Source: Phoronis australis (taxonomy: Eukaryota > Animalia > Phoronida). Taken from it: 64,000 bases of DNA. Both the position numbers and the translations under genes were made by a program. Shown here one piece after another: positions 57,791 through 64,000 of the stretch. The notes beneath the pieces are model-generated. The model had not been told where the DNA came from and searched no databases. It saw nothing but the letters and a program-made list of their open reading frames with translations. The DNA is taken from NCBI GenBank assembly GCA_002633005.1, contig NMRA01000464.1:186001-250000 (forward strand). Direction: 5' to 3'. Within the stretch, counting starts at the first letter, position 1. The number at the start of each line of letters is the position of its first letter.

Positions 57791-58935
57791 ATATAGGTTA
57801 TCCCACACACATAAGAATACTACTGCCATATCCTATCGAGAATTCATTTCACCAGAGAATGTCCAATGAGACCTAATAAACTTCTAAGAATTTTCAGTTT
57901 GTGAAATATACAAGTTAAAACATTGAACAGTTCAATGATTTAAAAGTTTGCAGAAACTTAGAAACAATCCATCCTGGCCAGTAAGTTAATAACTGAAACA
58001 TTCAATGAACAGTTGTACAGCAGCATGTCGTTTTAGCTTCGACAAATTTCTTAGTTTTCTAGTTATATTTCTGTGCCTTAGATTCTGGACTGTAAATTGT
58101 AATAGAAGCATTTTCTCCACGTAGGTCACAGCACTGGAAAATAACACTGGAAACCGCACTGATTTACAGAACTTGAGGTAGGGATTATAACGCAAAAAGC
58201 AGATTTTACGCTACCAGCGAGGGAGAGTTAAGGAACGCTGCGAGCAGACCATTGTGCCAATAAAAAACACATAATCAATCTCTAGGTCGCAATTTCCTGT
58301 AAACGCCTTAGCTCTTAGTGTAAATATACTGTATGCATCCATGACAGTATGTTTTCGTTGGATCTGAATTACATTTTTGGCTGATTTTATTGGCCAGGGA
58401 TGCTATTTATCTTGACCTATTTAAGAATGAAACTAGTGAGGCATACACATAGCTGCATCAGAATTTTCATTGGTAAATCTTTGCTGTTTTTAGAGCAGTT
58501 AAACTGCTTTCTCAGGAACGACACCTCCAATCAATGTTTTAGGTAACCAAATGAACGAGCCCAATCAAATTTGGCATTGTACATGCAAATTTACTCCACC
58601 AGGAGACTGCACACCAACTGTGAAATATGGCTTTTACCGTTGTATACGGCCTCTACCGCTGTATATGGATTGGCTCTACTTTCCCATATTTCACTGTTAC
58701 GAACGTATACAATACCCACATTTTCATATATATGGGATAAAGTACTGAATAGTTTAAGGATATGGACCTATCAATACAGTACTGACTTAGAGTAAAGACA
58801 TTCAGCACTGAAGACATGATTGTTTCAATGGATAAAAACCAAAAACGTGATGCAGATTTGGAAGGTCACTAGAAATTCCAAATATGAACCAGTGTACACA
58901 GCTCTGGATTAATCGCACTCTTTCATATTCCTTAC

Positions 58936-59020
58936 CTTTACAAATTTGGCCTGTATTGTATAAGGCATTTTATCTATGTTTAATGGGGCTATCAGTTCCA
59001 GGTCTTCATATGTGCATTTT
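58936..59020 (-). CDS. SLC25A12/13: Aralar/citrin exon (end of EF-hand domain)
   Basis: KCTYEDLELIAPLNIDKMPYTIQAKFVK; phase 2 to 0. Confidence 0.9.
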
Positions 59021-59298
59021 CTGTAATGAAAATAACTAGATAAACACTATATACACTTGTTGAAAAAATCGTTCTGAAAACTCAAGGGTGGTCTGGACAA
59101 GACAAATAGCAAGCTTTTGAACAAGAATTGAATGAATTTGAGATTTCACCATTGGTCAGCAACGTTAGAAACAAATACAAAGAGCCATTTTATAGTATTG
59201 AATTCTGCAGCAGTAACTCAAGTGCCAAAATTTGTTCTTCGAAACCTTATCAACCTTCAGTTAGAAGTGATCCATCCAGTCTTTTTCAATTTTGAAAT

Positions 59299-59573
59299 CA
59301 CTGCTACCACACAATGACACTGCTACCATACAATGACACTCACTACTACCATACAATGACACTCACTACTACCACACAATGACACTCACTACTACCATAC
59401 AATGACACTCACTACTACCATACAATGACACTCACTGCTACCATACAATGACACTCACTGCTACCACACAATGACACTCACTGCTACCACACAATGACAC
59501 TCACTGCTACCACACAATGACACTCACTACTACCACACAATGACACTCACTGCTACCACACAATGACACGCAC
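59299..59573 (-). repeat. 23-bp minisatellite starting at an aralar 5' splice site
   Basis: Minus-strand unit GTGAGTGTCATTGT(G/A)TGGTAG(C/T)A, about 12 copies. Confidence 0.95.
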
Positions 59574-59667
59574 CCCTTCTGATTAATCTGATCGATGAGC
59601 TGGTAGAGTATGTCAATCTCCATAGGTGTCACTTGAGTAAAGTTCTGAGCTTCATACAACATCTCCT
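59574..59667 (-). CDS. SLC25A12/13: Aralar/citrin exon (EF-hand domain)
   Basis: EEMLYEAQNFTQVTPMEIDILYQLIDQINQKG; donor GG|gtgcgt. Confidence 0.93.
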
Positions 59668-60475
59668 CTGTAATCAAGACAAACGACAGACGGTTTCATT
59701 TTAATGACCGAGAATTACAATTTCCAACCACAATTTTAACCAGAGAAAAACAATAGCAGCATCATGGTATGATTAAAAATTGTTCAATTAAAATTACCTT
59801 AATGAAATTTATATACTGCTCAGTATACAATACTGCCTCAAGGGAACGATTTGTCCATCCATTAACAGGAATAAACACAGTTTCGATTTTGCAGCAAATT
59901 GTTTCGTAATTATCATATTTTGTATTTTGGTCTTTTTCTACTACAATTCATCAAAATGTGGGGGTCATTGAATTAGTCTTTTCATTACATATGACACCTA
60001 AACTGATACAACTCTTGAAAAAATATGAAATTTACATGGAGAACTGAAGTCACCTCAAATTAAATGAATTTATTTCACTGTACGAAGTCAGTTTTATGTT
60101 TTAACGGTTTCAATTACATTTCCCAGTTTACCCATTTTCTTATGTCTGCATAAGTTAACCTTTTCCTGGATTTAGAGTACCACAAATTTTATCGTTGTGG
60201 CTTCTACACAAAATAGCTACAGTTCATTTTTTACTTTACATTTCATTTTGATGCCCTTTATACGGAGACAAAAAAAATAAAGGGTGTCACCAAATTTTGA
60301 CCATTTTCCAGTAGACCGATGAAAAATGGCAACAACTGGTCACAAATATGTGGCTTGTTGAGATGATCAAATTTCAAATTTTGTCAAGAAGCTGTTCATT
60401 TGTAGTTACATCTGGCAAAGCAACTTCACAGTGCACCTAAGGTTAACACCAGAGAAGGCTTGTGACTTTGCATAC

Positions 60476-60614
60476 CTTTAGTCAACTCGCTGTTGGGACT
60501 ACCGTGCGTTTTGGACGAGTGGATCTTCTTAATGAGCTCCATATTGTTGAGTAGAGAGATGAAGGCAGTGAAGTATGGAAACGTGACAAGCTTAGCCTTC
60601 TCACCACCAGCCAC
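60476..60614 (-). CDS. SLC25A12/13: Aralar/citrin exon (EF-hand domain); further 5' exons lie beyond the window
   Basis: VAGGEKAKLVTFPYFTAFISLLNNMELIKKI; phase 0 to 1. Confidence 0.94.
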
Positions 60615-63435
60615 CTGCAAAAGAGCTTAGCATATTGAGACACAGGAAACCCCATACATAGCCTGTCTGCACACTATAACCTAATGCGTATGATGAATTA
60701 AGGGACTCCGCACGTGACTTGCAATACATATCATATACATTTATCATAACTTGTCATGAACAAGAGGAAATGTAAAAAGTCAATGGCAGACTATTATCTT
60801 GCAACCCTTATAGATTCATAATTGCTGAACCTTCACTTCAACTGGCACATGGAAGATAGCAGACAGTGGTTAGCCAAATAATAGTAGAGTTTATGACTCT
60901 CTAAACTCTAGAACCATAAGTACAACAGCTGGCAACAAAATAATTTCTTTATCCTTTCTATTTTCCTCTATTACAAGAGTGGTATAAAACTTGTTGAAAC
61001 TGACCTAAAATTGGTCTGAAAAGTCACCTTAACATCGTAGGACATGTTTCCTGTTTCCAAGAAGAACAAACTCTCTACAGATCAAAAAACACATCAGAAA
61101 TTCATCAGTTTTATCAGGGTTGGACAATTATGAAGTTCGAAACTAGTGTGCTGGGACTTCCAGTCAATAGTTAGGTCAGTCATATGACACAATGACCACT
61201 TCTCACGGGCACATTGCACATCAGCTACTGGTTTTGGCTCTTCAGTTAATACTCAGAATAAGTTCAAATTGACAGCTGAACATGACGGAATGCAGCCATA
61301 CGATATGCATCCTTGTATGCGTGACATGTGACAAAGCAGACAACACAGTGAAGCTGCAATAGCTTGATCAGAAAACTCATTAACCTCAAGTTCAAATACA
61401 AGTGCACTGCAAAATATACCAGACTACTTCCTTGATGATGCAATACATCTTACCTTTTACTACAAGTATGCGAAATGCTATCCTTACATTCTTAACACCA
61501 GTGAGACAAAAAAGAATAGCATGAAGACACAGTAGTTCAATACCTTGCTTCACATTATGCTGTGAACCCTTAAGCATTATTGTAATATATACTGCTCGCA
61601 CCTTTTCCCTTACCAAATGGGTGTTTTCTTTAAGCAGACATGAACACTAAAATGTCTTGTCTATCTTGCCATGTGCAGTGATTAGCATGCTGATGTAATA
61701 GACCAATAGGTTAATTAATGCCCTTTCCCCACAATCCCAACATGCCAAAAGAGGAACAAGCTGTTTTCTGATTGGTCTCTCCTACCAGTAGAATGTTTTA
61801 TCACTTTTTATTACATGACAAACTTTGCCTTCTCTTAACCTGCTACCTGAAAAAGAGCACACAGTGTTGTATTGATGGTTCAGAACCAAAGCTCACTATT
61901 CTTCAGCCGGTGTATCTCCACTGCTTTATATGCAACAGAAACATGAAAGCTGAGTTCCTTAAAGTCCTTGTCTCAAAATGCCAATGTGGTTCCAGTATCC
62001 GAAAATACCTACTAAATACCCTTTCTTTATATTCTTTTCGCCTTTCGTGCCAAAAGCGATTTTTTAACAGTATTTGAGCCTTCTCTGTGAGCGTATAATT
62101 ACCGGCTGTCATTGTTTATTTCCATACCCACATTTTCGGCTCGTCAGTTCAGGAACTTGTCCTGAACGCTGCCATTTGTCCTTGTAAGTGAATGTGCTAT
62201 TGCTTGCTCGAAAAGTCTTCACTATTTTGTTTTATTAGTAATATCTCGTGATTCGTTTGCATATGTAGTGTATTTATAATTTATAGTTAGAGGTCGTTGA
62301 ATTTTTTTGAAACGTTACGTGTACTTATTATGTTAAAATAGCATTGGTGTTTAGTTCCTTATGTAGGGCGGTTGAACCTAGGAACCAACATGAGTCGAAC
62401 CAATTTTTTTCGTTTTGATTTTTTTTTCATTTTGAGAAAGTACTTTGCTATCATCGGAAAGATAGTGCATTCTACTCAGTAAAAATCAAAAAAGTATCAA
62501 AATCGGGGCAAGCAGTATAAAGTTATTACAATTTTTGTGGCAAAATTTGGGACACTTTGTTTGGATCGCGTCGGCCATATTGGAGGACAGCGGGATAAGT
62601 TACGAGTTTAAAACATTGTGTAAATTGTTTTCGCCAACAATTTACAGTGAAATTTAGTGAGACATATCTTTACTTACTATTCTGCACCATTCAACAGTTT
62701 TCACCATATTTCAGCCTCGCAGTTGTTACTTATTAAGTGTTAAATGGGCTCACAATTCCCATTTCTGGCGCCACCGACAACATGGCGACTTTTGCTGAAC
62801 TGGAAGGCATATTCAACCTGTTACTTTGTAATTTGTGAAGATTTAACGTTAATACATTTTGACAAACGTTGCTACAAAAATGAACTTAGTTCAATTTTCA
62901 TGTTTTTGGTGCAAAAATATAAGATATATTCAAATTATTTTACTGCAAATTTCCCATTCAGGTGACCTTACACTAAGCTAAAAAAATAGTTGAAATAATT
63001 TTGAAATGGTTTTTTGTTTGACTGTTAACTGCTGTTCAAGGCTTGATTCGGTGTCACAAAATGATTCATATTTTTCTAAATTTCAAGTCTAAATTGCTTT
63101 CAAGTCATGTTTTGTAACTTATTGCTTTTTAATTCAGTTTATCAAGTCAACAATATGAAGAATATCAATTTGAGAAATAAGCTATCAGGTTGAGAGGCTT
63201 CAAGCCTCCAATACTTGTTCTTTGCAACTTCATATTTTTTTAAATCATGCTTGTCCAATTCTGGTGTAAGGACGCACTACTCGGTCACCATGGTAATAGT
63301 AACATGTATGTCCACTTTCATATCATGGAAACTTTTGCTGTCGGATAGTGTTTGTAATGCTAAATGTTGTAAAGTATTGTGCATTTTAAGTTATTTATCA
63401 TGGTAAAAAGTTGAATCATTTTGGTTTAATGAATA

Positions 63436-64000
63436 AACAAGAGCGAAGCGGAGCATTGGAATGTGCCCACGAATGCATCGCAAATGGTGTGCTTTTAGGG
63501 TTATTTATTTGTATCATAAAAATGGCCGCTAGATGGTGCAAAAATGTACAATCCATCCAAAAATAGGAACAAGCCATATTTCATAAAAATCTGTCAAGGA
63601 ACTTCAGAGAAACAAAGGAAAACAGAACAAAATGAAATTGCCACTTGTGGGCACAGTGTCTGTTCCATACGCTTGAAAGTCGTCGTCTATTATCTTCACA
63701 TAAATTCACTTACTAAATTTAATAAAGATCCTGTAGTGGGTTTTGGAGATACAGCTAAGGGCACAAAACAAAACAAAACTACCACTAGGAGGCACCACAG
63801 TAGTCAGTTGCCATCATCAAACGTCCTCTTCACACTGAAGACATATACACCAATTTTCAAAACCATCCCTAGAACGATTTGGTTGATCGAGGGGTGGACG
63901 TCAAAAACAAGATTTGAAAACACCAAAAATGGCCACCAGGTGGTGCAAAATACCTCGATTCCATCCAAAAACAGGATGATAGCGTATTCTCACCAACAGA
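63436..64000 (+). repeat. Copy of the GCCACTAGG-motif repeat, running off the window
   Basis: Same head and subunits; motifs near 63525, 63640, 63781 and 63932. Confidence 0.82.

Noticed and set aside
59299-59573. Regular arrays here and at 45572 and 57248 as CRISPR-like
   Set aside because: Units are contiguous with no unique spacers, no cas genes, and a eukaryotic intron context.
61772-63200. ORFs and a possible transposon remnant in the last aralar intron
   Set aside because: No recognisable domain and no clean TIR or TSD could be defined.

Overview
Intron-rich, AT-rich animal genomic DNA, inferred to be an invertebrate (deuterostome-like; species not determinable). No prokaryotic features. 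Three intact genes were reconstructed by hand from splice sites and exon phases. (1) A minus-strand GPATCH8/ZNF804-family gene with five coding exons (36539 to 389, about 1293 aa) containing a C2H2 finger, the WP.EM...[13 protein letters not shown] family motif, and K-rich, RS and P/Q-rich regions. (2) A plus-strand ZNF706 (74 aa, two coding exons), divergent from gene 1. (3) The 3' eleven exons of a minus-strand SLC25A12/13 (aralar/citrin), convergent with ZNF706 and continuing beyond the window. Introns and intergenic DNA hold many non-autonomous DNA transposons (Tc2/pogo-like, Harbinger-like, Mutator-like, hAT-like; several nested), a tRNA-derived SINE and minisatellites. Most notable observations: a phase-consistent three-exon antisense gene or pseudogene for a secreted-looking Cys-containing protein nested in the GPATCH8-like intron; a cluster of candidate stop-containing microexons in that gene; minisatellites built from splice sites; and a dispersed repeat with CTCF-consensus-like motifs at about 145-bp spacing.
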